Origin: a virus
Lineage: Duplodnaviria; Caudoviricetes
IMG/VR virus record: IMGVR_UViG_3300025875_000010
Location: 13,292-77,291 of that record
Length of the DNA: 64,000 nt
Reading direction: 5' to 3' (one strand)
Shown here: piece after piece, positions 9,960 to 21,418 of the stretch
Layout of the letters: each line of letters opens with the position of its first letter
Position numbering within the stretch: the stretch's first letter is position 1
The notes under the pieces: generated by a model
The model's input: only the letters and a program-made list of their open reading frames with translations
What the model was told of the DNA's origin: nothing
Databases searched by the model: none
Program-made: the position numbers and the translations under genes

Positions 9960-10774
9960 GAAATGTTCACCGCCAGGGCATATTCAATATCATTATCAAT
10001 CGTCTGGTTGACTAAGTATGGAATGGCTAGCACCGACCTGGCAACAAGAATATTACCCTCATTGATTGAGTTCTGTTCTACTCTAATGCCATCGAAGAAT
10101 AGGTTTCCTCCACCGGCCGCTGTGGCTGACGGGCGAACTGCAACGTATCTGATTTCATCCCATCTTGGACTACCAACCATTGTACCAGATGACAAAGACA
10201 GGCGAGCCACATTATAAGAGTTGGCCGTTGATGCTGGCAACACAAATTCATAATAGTTGCTGGTGTCCAATCCAATTCTTACCCTGACACTTGAAATGTT
10301 GACGGTAACATGATATCCAATTACTATGCTGTCTGATCCTGTGTACATTGAAAGATTTTCATTGACACCGACGACTTCTGCATTTGTAGTTCCATTTGCT
10401 GAGTAACTAATTTGCATGGTGTTCTGGTTTGCTCGTCCATTGGCGTTGGAAATTGTAGCATTAGTCCAGACACTGGTTGTTCCAAGAAGTCCTAGAGTCT
10501 TTCCACTAATCTGTCCGACTGGATATGCCCATAGACCAACTTCATAGATGGTCTTAATACCGGCCGGTGGCAGCACGGCCCTGAACACAATTCTGTCGTT
10601 GTCAGGCTCAACACCAACTGATGTTATGTTGATTCTTTCTACTTCGTATTGCATTCTACTGTCGTTGATTGTCTCTGGCTGTGAACCGGCACCTACCGAC
10701 AGGGAGGAGGCAATTCTTCCCTCGTCACCTGAGTAGAATCGCTTAATAATTTTTTTTCCGTTTGCGGTTATCAT
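9956..10774 (-). CDS. minor tail protein
   Basis: 272 aa in tail operon, MITANGK...IYEVGL pattern. Confidence 0.65.
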   Translation of the reverse strand: MITANGKKIIKRFYSGDEGRIASSLSVGAGSQPETINDSRMQYEVERINITSVGVEPDNDRIVFRAVLPPAGIKTIYEVGLWAYPVGQISGKTLGLLGTTSVWTNATISNANGRANQNTMQISYSANGTTNAEVVGVNENLSMYTGSDSIVIGYHVTVNISSVRVRIGLDTSNYYEFVLPASTANSYNVARLSLSSGTMVGSPRWDEIRYVAVRPSATAAGGGNLFFDGIRVEQNSINEGNILVARSVLAIPYLVNQTIDNDIEYALAVNIS

Positions 10775-11079
10775 GCTGGGCTCACATTAATATCTATCGT
10801 AGTGTTGTTGATATCGGAAAACTCAAAGAGCACATCGACCACACTGCTTCCGTCAGGTGCCGTTCTAATGGTCTGAGACACCACGGTAAAATTAGTTGGA
10901 GCGTTGGGGATGGTGTCGTTGGGGCTGGAAAGAACCGGGCCATCTTGCGGCTGAACGGTAGTGATACCTTCATAACTGTCGGAAGATTCATCGGTATTCT
11001 CTTGCCTAACGTCAATAACTCCTGGAGGCACGCCAAACAGAGGGCTTAGCTGAATATCTCTTCTGTTAGTTTTAGCCAT
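10771..11079 (-). CDS. minor tail protein
   Basis: 102 aa; leaderless promoter TTGCAT-17-TAGGAT-6-ATG. Confidence 0.6.
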   Translation of the reverse strand: MAKTNRRDIQLSPLFGVPPGVIDVRQENTDESSDSYEGITTVQPQDGPVLSSPNDTIPNAPTNFTVVSQTIRTAPDGSSVVDVLFEFSDINNTTIDINVSPA

Positions 11080-11133
11080 GACTTTATCCTAACACCCCTT
11101 CATCCTAAATGCAAATTCTTAGACGACTAATAA

Positions 11134-14100
11134 TTACTTCGACCTGCGAAGAATTAGATTAGTGTCCAAACCATCATTGAAATCATTCTTAATAGAGACG
11201 ATGTAATATTTATGAGTGGCTGGATATAATCCCTTGGCTGGATAGTTCATAGTAACTAAATCCCCCAACTGAACTAAGGGGTTACCAAATACCTGAACCG
11301 ATACTTCATCTGCTCCAAGGCTCCACAGCCCCACAACCCAATCTCCCAGTTCGTTTGCCATTTTTTCTGTTTGAACAAACTTATTATCAATATCAAGGGC
11401 AACCTTACCCTTTGCTCGGATTGACTGATCATCTTTCTTGATGATGACGTTTTCTTCCTCCTGGAACAGCTTGCGTCCATAGATGAACATCTTTTGATCA
11501 ATCTTGTTATCAATTCCGAAAGTAATGGAATCCTCACCCTTGATCACTGCGTCGCGCCTGGATGCATTGACCAAGGTGAACTTAGCACCAAAGGCATTGG
11601 CCGTATAATCCGTACAGAATACCTGGGTGTTTGAAATGTATGGGAATGAGTGAGCCACAGGAACGTCATCCTCATTGAACTCAACATCGAATTCTCTAAC
11701 CTCATGAACTACCGGCCCGAACTCGTCGTAATAGTAGAACGCACGATTTCCAAAATGAGTTATCCTGCGCCCTCCCTCGCGCAAGGCTGCGACACCGGTC
11801 TGCATGTATGGAGCCCAGCGCCATTCCCTTTCAATAAATCCGCTGGACAATCCCCCATTGGTTAGATCAAAGAATGAAGAAGCGTCTGGTGTTAGGCTTC
11901 CAGCATCAAATAAAGAATACAGATAATCCACGTCAACGACACATGATCCTCTAGCGTAAACTCCGAAATTGCCCTGCTCAAACCATCCTCGTCTGACCTT
12001 AGGAATGTTCCATGCATTCATAAACATTCCATCGAGGTAGACCATAATGTTGGCAGAACCGTCGAAGTTATGTATGTGCTTGACCTCTAGGTCATACCAC
12101 TTATCATAAACAATGTTTGCTGCAACTCCAACCGCCTTTGCACCGGTCACTGCGCGGGTGAGAGGATTACTTCCCGCTCCACCCATCCACAGGTTAATCT
12201 CATTGGTCATTCTCTTTGTTGAGTCTGCCATCTTTGTAGTCATAAACTCTAGATAATAGCCAATATCACCAAAGTCACTGGCAAACTGCAAACCACCGAT
12301 AGCGAACTGGTCGGCGCGAATCTGCTTTTCAGGAAATCTGATTCTTGCTCCAATCAGTGTATTGGCCGTAGGTACGGTAGCATTAGGACGCATAACATAA
12401 ATCAAATCATCAGGCTTGTTAGGTGGAACCGATAGCTGAACAAATCCATTCTTCTGATGATGCCAGTTTGATCGACTCTCTAGGAAAGTTCCATTTACTC
12501 TGGTGACAATGCTTGCGGTGTAAGCGTTAGGCTTTAACTTATGCTCTGCCTTTCCTGAACCGGATACTCCGCGCTCAGTGACAACTAACCGGCCGGTCCA
12601 GTTGTTAGACCAGATCATTGCCGGATCGGAGTCGTCATCGATGGCGGTCTTTTCCTCAACACTAGTGACGATCTTGAGTTCTGTTCCGCCACCCTTCTTG
12701 TACTTTAAGTACTCTTTTCCCTTGTACTTCATAATTTCGCCGCGAATGTTCACATGGGACTCAAAGGGCCAGTGAGAAGCATCGACTGCACTGATATAAA
12801 TGCTCATGCCGTTAAGCGGAATGTCTCTCAACAAAGCGGTGCCCCTTAGAACTACGCTTTCTTCCGAAGGCTCCCAAACGGTCTCCATTTCTGGAACACC
12901 CTTATTCTCCCTGAACTCCGCTGGCTTCCAATTAATTTCGACGTGATTGACTACCATGTTGTCGTCAGTCGATGACTCGATAACATCGGGAAGCTTAGCA
13001 TTGTTTTGTACCGCATCAAAGTTCCAATCAACCGTCTTATGTGTTCCAAAAATTGACTTTCTGGTCTTGATCTGCATAATATCATACTCATCAAAGTAAA
13101 CCGCCGTCTGGGTTGCTTCTGACAGCTCGCTGATCTGCTCCCAGGCCGTGCCCTCATTGGCCCAGAAGTAAGGAATAATCTGTCCTGAGTCAATAACTTC
13201 CTGATTATATGCGTAGTTAGTTAGACCTACCGTGTCCATGATTTGCCAGCAAATAGCTCCAATGGTAAGGTTTTCCCAGAATACCTTAGGCATATCGACT
13301 TCCTGTAAAAAGACAGAAGAGTCTTTTAAATTAACCGATACAGAATCCTCATCCTTGTTTCCCCAGCTATCGGCCCACATGGTGAACTCTCTGATTCTCT
13401 CATTGGGCTGACCTCCCGTGGGCGTAGCGTCGATCCTCAGGTCCATTGTGAACTTTGCCTTCTTATCGACAAGACCATAGAAGATTGATGCTTCATTGTC
13501 ATCATTAAATGCCTGATCAAAATTACTCAATGTTACTGCCGCTTGATTGGATGATGCTGCACCAACTGGTGCAATAAATGAGCGCTCTGATACCTCCATT
13601 GACTTAGAGTAGTTAATAACTATATCACTAATATCCCTTTCCAACCGGGCACCTAGTTGAATAACATCGAGATGCGCCCCGCCCTCATTCATGCTTCTTA
13701 CTATTAAGCGAACCCCGTGAACCCATCCTAGTAAATTGTAAACCGGCGTGGTGCCCCAAGTTTGCGGTGAATCATTGGTAAGCCACAAGGCCACCTGACC
13801 ACTCTTGGTGTTGGGCACAATGTTAGAACCAATCGTCCTCCACTGGGACTCTGTTGGATTAGCAACCTCAGTAATCTGAATGTCATATGATCTGGGGCGT
13901 GCGTAGCTGGTCTCAAATCCTACCACAACCTTATTACTGATTAGCTTCTCTTCGTACATCATAGTCAGCTTGATAGGTGTCGGGAAATTGTAATCTGCTG
14001 TGGCTACCGCTGTGGCTGATGTTCGTGAGGTTGATGCCCAATAAGTGTATGGGTCCTCGTCGCTGGCCGCATAGAATCTAGCGGCTGGGGCCTTATCTAC

Positions 14101-14379
14101 ATATCCCTGTAGAAGCTTAATTGTCTCCGTCAACCGGGCCTTTGCAATACCAGTTTCGGGACGGTTAGGCATTGTAATGGCGTTAGCATCAAATACAGAA
14201 CTCCACTCGTTGTTAAGAGGATCATTAGCTGGCGTGACCGCAACAAGTGTTCCCTTGTCGTCCAAAGACTTGATCTTGCTGTAACGATTATGCTCGAACT
14301 CAACACGAAGCTGAGGAGTAGCACGAACTTCTGTGCCCTCCTGTATTAGTTTTCTAACCGCCAGTGTTGCTGACTTCAA
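11134..14379 (-). CDS. large minor tail (hub/tip) protein
   Basis: 1081 aa downstream of tape measure and distal tail gene. Confidence 0.75.
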   Translation of the reverse strand: MKSATLAVRKLIQEGTEVRATPQLRVEFEHNRYSKIKSLDDKGTLVAVTPANDPLNNEWSSVFDANAITMPNRPETGIAKARLTETIKLLQGYVDKAPAARFYAASDEDPYTYWASTSRTSATAVATADYNFPTPIKLTMMYEEKLISNKVVVGFETSYARPRSYDIQITEVANPTESQWRTIGSNIVPNTKSGQVALWLTNDSPQTWGTTPVYNLLGWVHGVRLIVRSMNEGGAHLDVIQLGARLERDISDIVINYSKSMEVSERSFIAPVGAASSNQAAVTLSNFDQAFNDDNEASIFYGLVDKKAKFTMDLRIDATPTGGQPNERIREFTMWADSWGNKDEDSVSVNLKDSSVFLQEVDMPKVFWENLTIGAICWQIMDTVGLTNYAYNQEVIDSGQIIPYFWANEGTAWEQISELSEATQTAVYFDEYDIMQIKTRKSIFGTHKTVDWNFDAVQNNAKLPDVIESSTDDNMVVNHVEINWKPAEFRENKGVPEMETVWEPSEESVVLRGTALLRDIPLNGMSIYISAVDASHWPFESHVNIRGEIMKYKGKEYLKYKKGGGTELKIVTSVEEKTAIDDDSDPAMIWSNNWTGRLVVTERGVSGSGKAEHKLKPNAYTASIVTRVNGTFLESRSNWHHQKNGFVQLSVPPNKPDDLIYVMRPNATVPTANTLIGARIRFPEKQIRADQFAIGGLQFASDFGDIGYYLEFMTTKMADSTKRMTNEINLWMGGAGSNPLTRAVTGAKAVGVAANIVYDKWYDLEVKHIHNFDGSANIMVYLDGMFMNAWNIPKVRRGWFEQGNFGVYARGSCVVDVDYLYSLFDAGSLTPDASSFFDLTNGGLSSGFIEREWRWAPYMQTGVAALREGGRRITHFGNRAFYYYDEFGPVVHEVREFDVEFNEDDVPVAHSFPYISNTQVFCTDYTANAFGAKFTLVNASRRDAVIKGEDSITFGIDNKIDQKMFIYGRKLFQEEENVIIKKDDQSIRAKGKVALDIDNKFVQTEKMANELGDWVVGLWSLGADEVSVQVFGNPLVQLGDLVTMNYPAKGLYPATHKYYIVSIKNDFNDGLDTNLILRRSK

Positions 14380-14382
14380 AAC

Positions 14383-14793
14383 TTACACCTCTTCCATTTG
14401 AACGCTTACGTCCCATAAATCGTACTCGCCTCTTTTAGATATTTTTTTATTGAACTCTGTGAATACAACATTAAAATTATTGATTGCTCCATCACCGTTG
14501 GTAATCTGCAATAAAAACTCACCGGCATTATCAAGATAAAACTCTTCAATATCCGAACCGCCCCAAAAGCCATCAACTGTCCAAGTTGATTTATTTGGAA
14601 GTTCTTCCCAGGACACACTAAATGTGTGCTTGTCGGCCACAACATACTTTCTCATCCGGCCGTTTGCCATGCGCTTGGAATTCTCAATTCTCTCAACGCT
14701 GACGGAAAGATCACTACGATTATGGTCTGTTACTTTATTCCCATCCCACATCATTATTGCATTGCGGGCGAACTTCATTGGTGCTGGCGGCAT
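14383..14793 (-). CDS. distal tail protein-like minor tail protein
   Basis: 136 aa directly after tape measure; RMANGRMRKYVVADKHTFSVSW. Confidence 0.7.
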   Translation of the reverse strand: MPPAPMKFARNAIMMWDGNKVTDHNRSDLSVSVERIENSKRMANGRMRKYVVADKHTFSVSWEELPNKSTWTVDGFWGGSDIEEFYLDNAGEFLLQITNGDGAINNFNVVFTEFNKKISKRGEYDLWDVSVQMEEV

Positions 14794-17700
14794 TAAATTT
14801 TCCTCTTCCTTCCCTTGCGATTCTCAATATTATCAAGTGCCCTTTCAACGCCAGCCTGGAAATCAATATCGTCCTTAATGACTGCGCCCCTTAGATCAAC
14901 TGTTACATCATAGCGCGTTTCTCCACCATTTGCAACATTGTCAACTACACGTACCGGAGTTGGCATTCCATTTGAAGGAACATCGAAGGTTGGATTGATA
15001 TTAGCTTTCAAGATATCCCACTGAGGGCCAGTGAATACCGGCTCTGGACGGCGGGTTCCATTAGATACAACCTGATTTACGCCTGGCTGTAGGTATCCGC
15101 CATCGTCATACCAACCATTACGCTCCCAGAATACCCTAGCCTGGGCTGGGCTACCATAACGACCACCGAAATAGTTCATACCGGCCCAAGCCTGCTCATT
15201 AACCGGAGCAAGACGCATCTTAGGTGCTGCTACTCCGGGGCGCTTGTAAGCGTTCCAAGTTTTATCGATGTGCTGGAATAGACCAGAAGCTGTAGATACC
15301 GGATTCTGAGCCTCTGGCCTCCAACCAGATTCCTTGTTAATAACCCAATCAATTGCAGCCCAGTTTGCTCCAGTTCCCCATCCTTTTGCATTAGCGGCAG
15401 CCAACACCTGATCACGAACTGATCCTCCACCACTAACAGGCCCAACCGCTCCCGAAGCAATCTTTCTACCGGCAGCAGCAATTGCCTCAGGTGTCATAGC
15501 CCAGTGAACGTGATTACGGTGAGAAGCTTGAATTGCAGCAGAATATGGCAAATTCTGACCATGCTTTAGGTTAGATCGATCGTCACCCAAACCGTTATAA
15601 ATAAGTTCAGTAGAACCACGGAAGTTATCATAAATCCAGCGATTCATATCAGCCATGTAAGAATTACCGGCCCCACCAGGAGTTCCTGCCAAACCAATGT
15701 CGATAGCCATTCCCTTACCATGGTAATCATTGGCTCCCGGACGAGTTGAGTCATTCAACCCAGCCTTAGGGAAAGCAGACTTAATGGTGTTCCATAGTCT
15801 CTGCCATGGTGCATTTCCACCGGCGATTGTGCCTGTGCTTCCACCGGCTGCTCCTGCCGATGCTGCCGCTAGCTGAGCCTCGTATGCTGCCTTACCATCT
15901 GCAACCTTCTTGGTAGCTGCAATCTGCATAACCTTAGCAGCAGAAACCATCTGCAATGCAGCAAGTCCAGCAGTAAACTCCATGAATCCACCGAGCGGAC
16001 CACCAATGTCATTAGGATTTCCACCACTATTAATGGTTTCTAGAAGTGGCTTATTCTTCATCGCATCCTTTTTGTTAACCATGAACTCGCCTCTCTTGGC
16101 AAGAACTAGCTGCTCAGAAGGATATGGTGAAGCCCCACGAGGTACACCCGTTCTGTCTCTTGCACTACCTGCTGGGCCTCCGATTTCACCACCAATGTGC
16201 TTAGTTACATATGGAATTCCAGCCCTGTGCTCTGCCGCATTGGCAGAACCGACAAATGGCCTTGGTGCATATGGTGTAGTTGTTGCTGGGTCTCCCGCTG
16301 GGAATACACCAGTGCGCAAGAAGTCCTTAACCTGCTGCATGGTCATGCCCATACCGGCACCAATATCAGCAGCGATCTTCTCTGCAATCTGTACCCAGTT
16401 AATATCATTCTGTAGGGCCGCTGCGGCTGCATCTACGTTTGTCTTTAGTGCAGCACCGACGAATGAACCCCACTTGTTACCCTCATCGCGTAGGTCTAGA
16501 CCATAGCCTTGATAAACCTTTTCTACTTCTGCGGTGTGGGCAATAAGCTCTGCCTCGTTCTGTGGAACAAATTCCTGCAAGGCACGAAGGCGCTCTGCCA
16601 ACCCGCGCTTGTCTGCATCCATCTGCACCTGAACTGACTTTAGAGTTGACTCAGTGTCCTTTCGGTCGGCCTCCATGCGCGCCTCTGCTCCCGCTCTTGC
16701 AGCATCCCTTTCACTCTGCAACCTCTGATCAGCAATTGCCTTCTGGAAATTAAGGTTAGCCTGAGCGGTCTCCCTATCATTTCGCAATGCCTCCTGACGA
16801 GCTTCCTTGACAGTCCTCATCTCTTCTAGACGAGCTTCCTTGACCGTTTTGATTTCTTCTAGGCGAGCTTCCTTTAGAGTCTGTAGCTGGTCAAGCTCCT
16901 CTTGCAGCTTAGCAACTTTAGCCTCAGATGCATCCTGAGAAATTCTATTCTGATCTTCTAGGGTCCAACTGTCCTGCTGTGCAACTGCATCATTAGCGAC
17001 CCTAGCGGCCTCATCAAGATCGCCAGAGTTAAGGGCAACATTGAAGTCAATATTAGAGCTAAGTCTAGATGCCATTCTATCAATACGACGCTGCTCAGCT
17101 TCAAAAATTTCTTGACGCTTCTTTTCAGCTTCTTCTTCTGCCTCAATGGAAGCTTCAATTCCTTCAATGCGAGAATCCCAATAGTTTTCTTCCGCCTCAA
17201 TGCGGTCTTCCCACTCGTCTTCGAAAGCCTTCTCCTTTGACTTCCATTCATTCTCAAATCCCTTTTCACGTGTATCCCATTCTTGATCAAAAGCATTCTC
17301 TCTGGTTGCCCAGTACCATTCAGCCTCACCCTGACGACGCTCAAAATCAGCATCAACGCGATCTGCGTCTGCCTTCATTGCTTCCTGACGTGCGTCACCC
17401 GCCTCGTTAATTGACTCTAGATTACGAGACTGCATTTCTTGGAACTGACGATCTGCCTCAGAGAAGATATCGTTCATTGTGCCGCCCATTGCAGCCTTCT
17501 GAGAATTAATAAGCTGATCTACATTATCTGCATTGAAGTTCATCATACCGGACGCCAAGTTGTTTAATTTTTCAACTTCGGCCGTCGCTCCACCAACATA
17601 ATTACCAAACTTCTTAGCTGCATTGCTGCCTTCGTCTAGACCGGCTGCTGCCAACCAGTAAACACGCCTAGCTTCCTTCTGCTCGTCAGTCATTCCACGA

Positions 17701-20700
17701 CCAGCCTTCTTTGCCTCATCAACTTCAAGCTTCCAATTCTGGAAAGCCTTAGCCTCACTGATGATTCCAGTTGCAGGAACGTCATATACTTTTCGTAGAT
17801 CCAAAATGCTAGCAAGCTGCTTCTTCATCAAATTACCCTCATCGGCGGTAATTTGCTTCGTCTTAACCATACCGTCTATGAAGTTATCCCAATACTGATC
17901 GGCAGTCTGCATAAGCTGCTCCATATCACCATTGTCTTCATACTCTTCCCAGAGTGTCTTTTCTGAGCTTGTTAAAGCCTTTCCATCCTTCATCTTCTGA
18001 TCAATAGTGTTAATTGCTGAAACGAACGAATCTGCACCCTTAATTCCTAGCCGTGAGAATGCGGCAGAAACTTCATCATCACCCTTAATTCCGTTCTTAA
18101 CCTTGCTGAACATATCACTGAACATCTGATCATACTGCGCAGATGCAGCGTTAAGAGCATCGGCTTGAAGGAACTTATTTTCACCGGCTACACCAAAGGC
18201 TGTACCGAACCTTGTACCAAGAATGGTAGCTGCGGCTTCCGCCTCGGCAGTAAGGTCACGACCCAAGTCTTCCATGAAGTCGCCACCACGGGCCTTAAAC
18301 CATCCACCAATTCCACCACCGGCGTCGTCGGAAGGCGTAAGATTGCCCTCAATCTTAACATCACCTGTGGTGCCATTAATCTGCTCAAGAAGCTGCTCTC
18401 TTAAGTTTTCAGGATTCTCTAGATGCAGTCGATCATACTTAACAGAAAGCTCATCAATTTCTGTTTCCTTGAACCCGGCCATATCAAGAGCGGCCTGGAA
18501 TTGCTCCCTAGCCTGCTCAATTGTAGCACCAGCAGTTAGAGACTGCATTGCCATATCCAATGCCATTTCATAACCTGTACCGGCCTGCTTAGCGGCAACC
18601 ATCGCCTTGGATAGACCATCTTGGGCCTTACTCATCTTATCAATAAGATCGATACGAGCCTGATGACCCTTTACTTCTTCCGGCTTCATGCCCGGCAACT
18701 GACCTGGATTATAATCCCAACCCTGGACTTCCGCCCACTTTTCGGAAGCGCCACCAATTGCGATGGCGTTATCCTTGACCTCCATGATATTGTCATTCAT
18801 GTTCTTGAAGTATATAGCCGCACCGGCAATAAGTCCTAACGGACCAAAGACCCTCAAAGCAACCGGCAGCATTGACTTGAATGCATTTGCACCAGCAGAA
18901 ATGCCCTTCAATCCACCGCCTGCGGCAATAGAGGCACTAGAAATCATTCGGGCCTTGTCCGCAATGCCGGTGAATCCAGCCTTTATCTTGCCCATAATTC
19001 CTGGGCCACCGGTAGTCTTTAGATTACCGGTCATCTTCCTGACGCTATCTGCCATTCCAGTGAATACACTAGTTGGTAGCACAGTGGCAACCATTGCCGC
19101 CATCATTGCAATATTAATCCATGCTTCGTTTACAGATTCAGAACCTTCATTCATTGCACCAATAGCCAGACCACCTACAGCCAAAGCTCCCACTATGGCA
19201 CCGGTCTTGCTCATTGAGCGACGAGTATCCTCAGCGTGACCGGCGGTCTTCTTGCTGCTATCCTCTACTGCCTTAAATGCTGCTACGTCGGATGGATTCA
19301 TCCTTGACCCAGAATGACCCGCGATCGGCTTTCCATTATCGTCTCTAGAACCTGCTGCATATGCAAAGCTATCTGCCGTTCCTGGAACACGCCGAACTGT
19401 CCTAGTGAAGCCATTAACTGTCTTTTGACCGGCCGAGGTCATCATACCATTAGCGATAGCATTCTTTTCCATGGCGGCAGTTAAAATATTAATCTGAGCA
19501 GCAAGGTTTGCTGCTGCTCCCGCCTCAGTGCTAAACGCAGAAGAAGCGGTACGCGCATTGATCATTGCTGCGGCTTCTTCTGCGCTCATTGCCTTAAACT
19601 TCCAGCGAAGATTACCAATCTGTAGACCAAGCTTCATTACGTTACCAAATAGGTTCGCAAAGATACCAGTAATCATCAATAGGGGACCGGCAATTGCAAC
19701 AAGTCCTAGAATAGCTAGAGTTGCACCCTTACCAAAACTACCCATTTCTTGGAATCCGCTGATCAATGGCTTAATCATCTTCTCAAGTATAAATGTACCA
19801 ATTTCAAGCGCCATCATTCCTAGAGGGATAAGCTCAGCCTTTACAGACTCAACTGCCGCCTTGAATCGGAATGATACAGATTCTTGTAGCTTTTCTAGCT
19901 CTCGGGCCGCACCCGTGGCGTGAGTCTCAGCACTCTGACCTAGAAGTTCAAATGCCTTAGCTGTCTGGTTAGACGTTCCGGTCATAGCGTCACCAACGTT
20001 ACCTACAAGAGCAGTAATACGGTTGAACTGATAAGTACCAAAAGTCTTAGCGATTGCAGTTTGTACAGTTTGTGGGTCTAGTCCATTAAGGGCAACAGAG
20101 ATTTCCTTAATGAAATCGAACATATTTCCACCGGCCTTCTTTACGATGGCTGGCAAATCCTTATCTAGAACTTGATCCCAGTATTGCACAGCTTCCTTGG
20201 TTGGGTCAAGAATTCTGGTGGCACCGGACTTTAGAGCGTTGGCAGCCTCTGCCGCATCAACACCCGATTCCTTCATGGCTACAAGCATGACGGTCATTTC
20301 CTTGGCGTCTACACCAAGAGCTGCCATTGCGCTTGCGGCGCGCGGAGTAGCCTCTGCAATGTCCTGAATTGCAAGGCTAGTTGCGTTCTCAACGCTGTTG
20401 AAGAAATCAAAAGTTTGAGTCAGGTCTTCGGCCGTCTTAATGGTATCACGGAATGCGGTCTGTAGAGAAACCGTCATATCAATAGACTCTTGAACATCCA
20501 TTTCACCAAGAGTAGCAATACGTGCCGCTTCGTCAGTTGAACTGAATAGCTTATTTCCGCTCAATCCAGTTGCAGCAAGCTGGGCCTGAATATTAATTAC
20601 ATCTTCCATAGAAGAGCCATACTCCTGAGCCAAACGCTTAGCCTGATTAAGTCCTACTTCACGAACTCTAGATAGTTCTTTTTCTCTACCTTCTGCTGTG

Positions 20701-21410
20701 TCTGCTGTAGTGTCATAAACCTTAGCTACTCTGGTAAGCTCTTGGTCAATCTTTAGGGCCAAAGCACCGGCTCCTACTGCTGCCATTCCCAGAGGAAGTG
20801 TAAGACCAACCATAATCTGACGACCGGCCCACTGTGTATTCTTACCCCAATTAACAGTATTTTGAGCGGCAGAGTAAAGCAACCTATTAATCATACCATA
20901 GCGAGTAATGGAATCATTTAGGTTTGAATTAAGATTCTTTGGAATGAACATATCACTACTGTTCTTGCCAAAAGGCTTACTTGACCACTGAGTGGACATA
21001 GAGTTTCGGAGGGCCTCCTGGCCGCGAATTGCTTCACCAAGATTAGAAGTAACCCCAGTCCTTAATTCCTTCTTATAAGCGCGGAATTCGGCGCTGGCTT
21101 GACCCCAACCAATCTTTTGGTTTTTGATTGCATTAGTTAGTCTTTCGGAGTCAGAAATTGTTCGTACGGTCTGCGTGTGGAATTGACCAGAAGAAGCAGC
21201 GGTCTCATTAAATGCTGCCCTTAACTCATTAAGAGCCTTTAGCTGTTCATTATAAATTTTACCACGATTCTGCTGCGGGGCTCCTGAACGTATAGCGTTC
21301 ATGGACGTGTTCAGTCTAGTGAACTGCCCCTGTAGCTGCTGAATTTCGCGCTTTACCTGATCGAAATTAGCAGAACCATTAAACCGTACTACAATATCCT
21401 GAATCTTTAT
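14793..21410 (-). CDS. tape measure protein (~2205 aa), probable ATA start, with C-terminal muralytic motifs
   Basis: Ala/Gly-rich, coiled coils; frame open 36 codons upstream of ATG 21302 to ATA at 21410 behind AAGGAG; SLT-like ESGW..NP.STASGLFQ and H..GMAID...HVH motifs. Confidence 0.9.
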   Translation of the reverse strand: MKIQDIVVRFNGSANFDQVKREIQQLQGQFTRLNTSMNAIRSGAPQQNRGKIYNEQLKALNELRAAFNETAASSGQFHTQTVRTISDSERLTNAIKNQKIGWGQASAEFRAYKKELRTGVTSNLGEAIRGQEALRNSMSTQWSSKPFGKNSSDMFIPKNLNSNLNDSITRYGMINRLLYSAAQNTVNWGKNTQWAGRQIMVGLTLPLGMAAVGAGALALKIDQELTRVAKVYDTTADTAEGREKELSRVREVGLNQAKRLAQEYGSSMEDVINIQAQLAATGLSGNKLFSSTDEAARIATLGEMDVQESIDMTVSLQTAFRDTIKTAEDLTQTFDFFNSVENATSLAIQDIAEATPRAASAMAALGVDAKEMTVMLVAMKESGVDAAEAANALKSGATRILDPTKEAVQYWDQVLDKDLPAIVKKAGGNMFDFIKEISVALNGLDPQTVQTAIAKTFGTYQFNRITALVGNVGDAMTGTSNQTAKAFELLGQSAETHATGAARELEKLQESVSFRFKAAVESVKAELIPLGMMALEIGTFILEKMIKPLISGFQEMGSFGKGATLAILGLVAIAGPLLMITGIFANLFGNVMKLGLQIGNLRWKFKAMSAEEAAAMINARTASSAFSTEAGAAANLAAQINILTAAMEKNAIANGMMTSAGQKTVNGFTRTVRRVPGTADSFAYAAGSRDDNGKPIAGHSGSRMNPSDVAAFKAVEDSSKKTAGHAEDTRRSMSKTGAIVGALAVGGLAIGAMNEGSESVNEAWINIAMMAAMVATVLPTSVFTGMADSVRKMTGNLKTTGGPGIMGKIKAGFTGIADKARMISSASIAAGGGLKGISAGANAFKSMLPVALRVFGPLGLIAGAAIYFKNMNDNIMEVKDNAIAIGGASEKWAEVQGWDYNPGQLPGMKPEEVKGHQARIDLIDKMSKAQDGLSKAMVAAKQAGTGYEMALDMAMQSLTAGATIEQAREQFQAALDMAGFKETEIDELSVKYDRLHLENPENLREQLLEQINGTTGDVKIEGNLTPSDDAGGGIGGWFKARGGDFMEDLGRDLTAEAEAAATILGTRFGTAFGVAGENKFLQADALNAASAQYDQMFSDMFSKVKNGIKGDDEVSAAFSRLGIKGADSFVSAINTIDQKMKDGKALTSSEKTLWEEYEDNGDMEQLMQTADQYWDNFIDGMVKTKQITADEGNLMKKQLASILDLRKVYDVPATGIISEAKAFQNWKLEVDEAKKAGRGMTDEQKEARRVYWLAAAGLDEGSNAAKKFGNYVGGATAEVEKLNNLASGMMNFNADNVDQLINSQKAAMGGTMNDIFSEADRQFQEMQSRNLESINEAGDARQEAMKADADRVDADFERRQGEAEWYWATRENAFDQEWDTREKGFENEWKSKEKAFEDEWEDRIEAEENYWDSRIEGIEASIEAEEEAEKKRQEIFEAEQRRIDRMASRLSSNIDFNVALNSGDLDEAARVANDAVAQQDSWTLEDQNRISQDASEAKVAKLQEELDQLQTLKEARLEEIKTVKEARLEEMRTVKEARQEALRNDRETAQANLNFQKAIADQRLQSERDAARAGAEARMEADRKDTESTLKSVQVQMDADKRGLAERLRALQEFVPQNEAELIAHTAEVEKVYQGYGLDLRDEGNKWGSFVGAALKTNVDAAAAALQNDINWVQIAEKIAADIGAGMGMTMQQVKDFLRTGVFPAGDPATTTPYAPRPFVGSANAAEHRAGIPYVTKHIGGEIGGPAGSARDRTGVPRGASPYPSEQLVLAKRGEFMVNKKDAMKNKPLLETINSGGNPNDIGGPLGGFMEFTAGLAALQMVSAAKVMQIAATKKVADGKAAYEAQLAAASAGAAGGSTGTIAGGNAPWQRLWNTIKSAFPKAGLNDSTRPGANDYHGKGMAIDIGLAGTPGGAGNSYMADMNRWIYDNFRGSTELIYNGLGDDRSNLKHGQNLPYSAAIQASHRNHVHWAMTPEAIAAAGRKIASGAVGPVSGGGSVRDQVLAAANAKGWGTGANWAAIDWVINKESGWRPEAQNPVSTASGLFQHIDKTWNAYKRPGVAAPKMRLAPVNEQAWAGMNYFGGRYGSPAQARVFWERNGWYDDGGYLQPGVNQVVSNGTRRPEPVFTGPQWDILKANINPTFDVPSNGMPTPVRVVDNVANGGETRYDVTVDLRGAVIKDDIDFQAGVERALDNIENRKGRKRKI

Positions 21411-21418
21411 TCAGCTCC

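Noticed and set aside
15230-20000. Plus-strand and alternate-frame ORFs inside the tape measure gene (e.g. 15910..16506, 18763..19239), and similar shadow ORFs elsewhere
   Set aside because: Antisense shadows of long real genes; no RBS or recognisable motifs.
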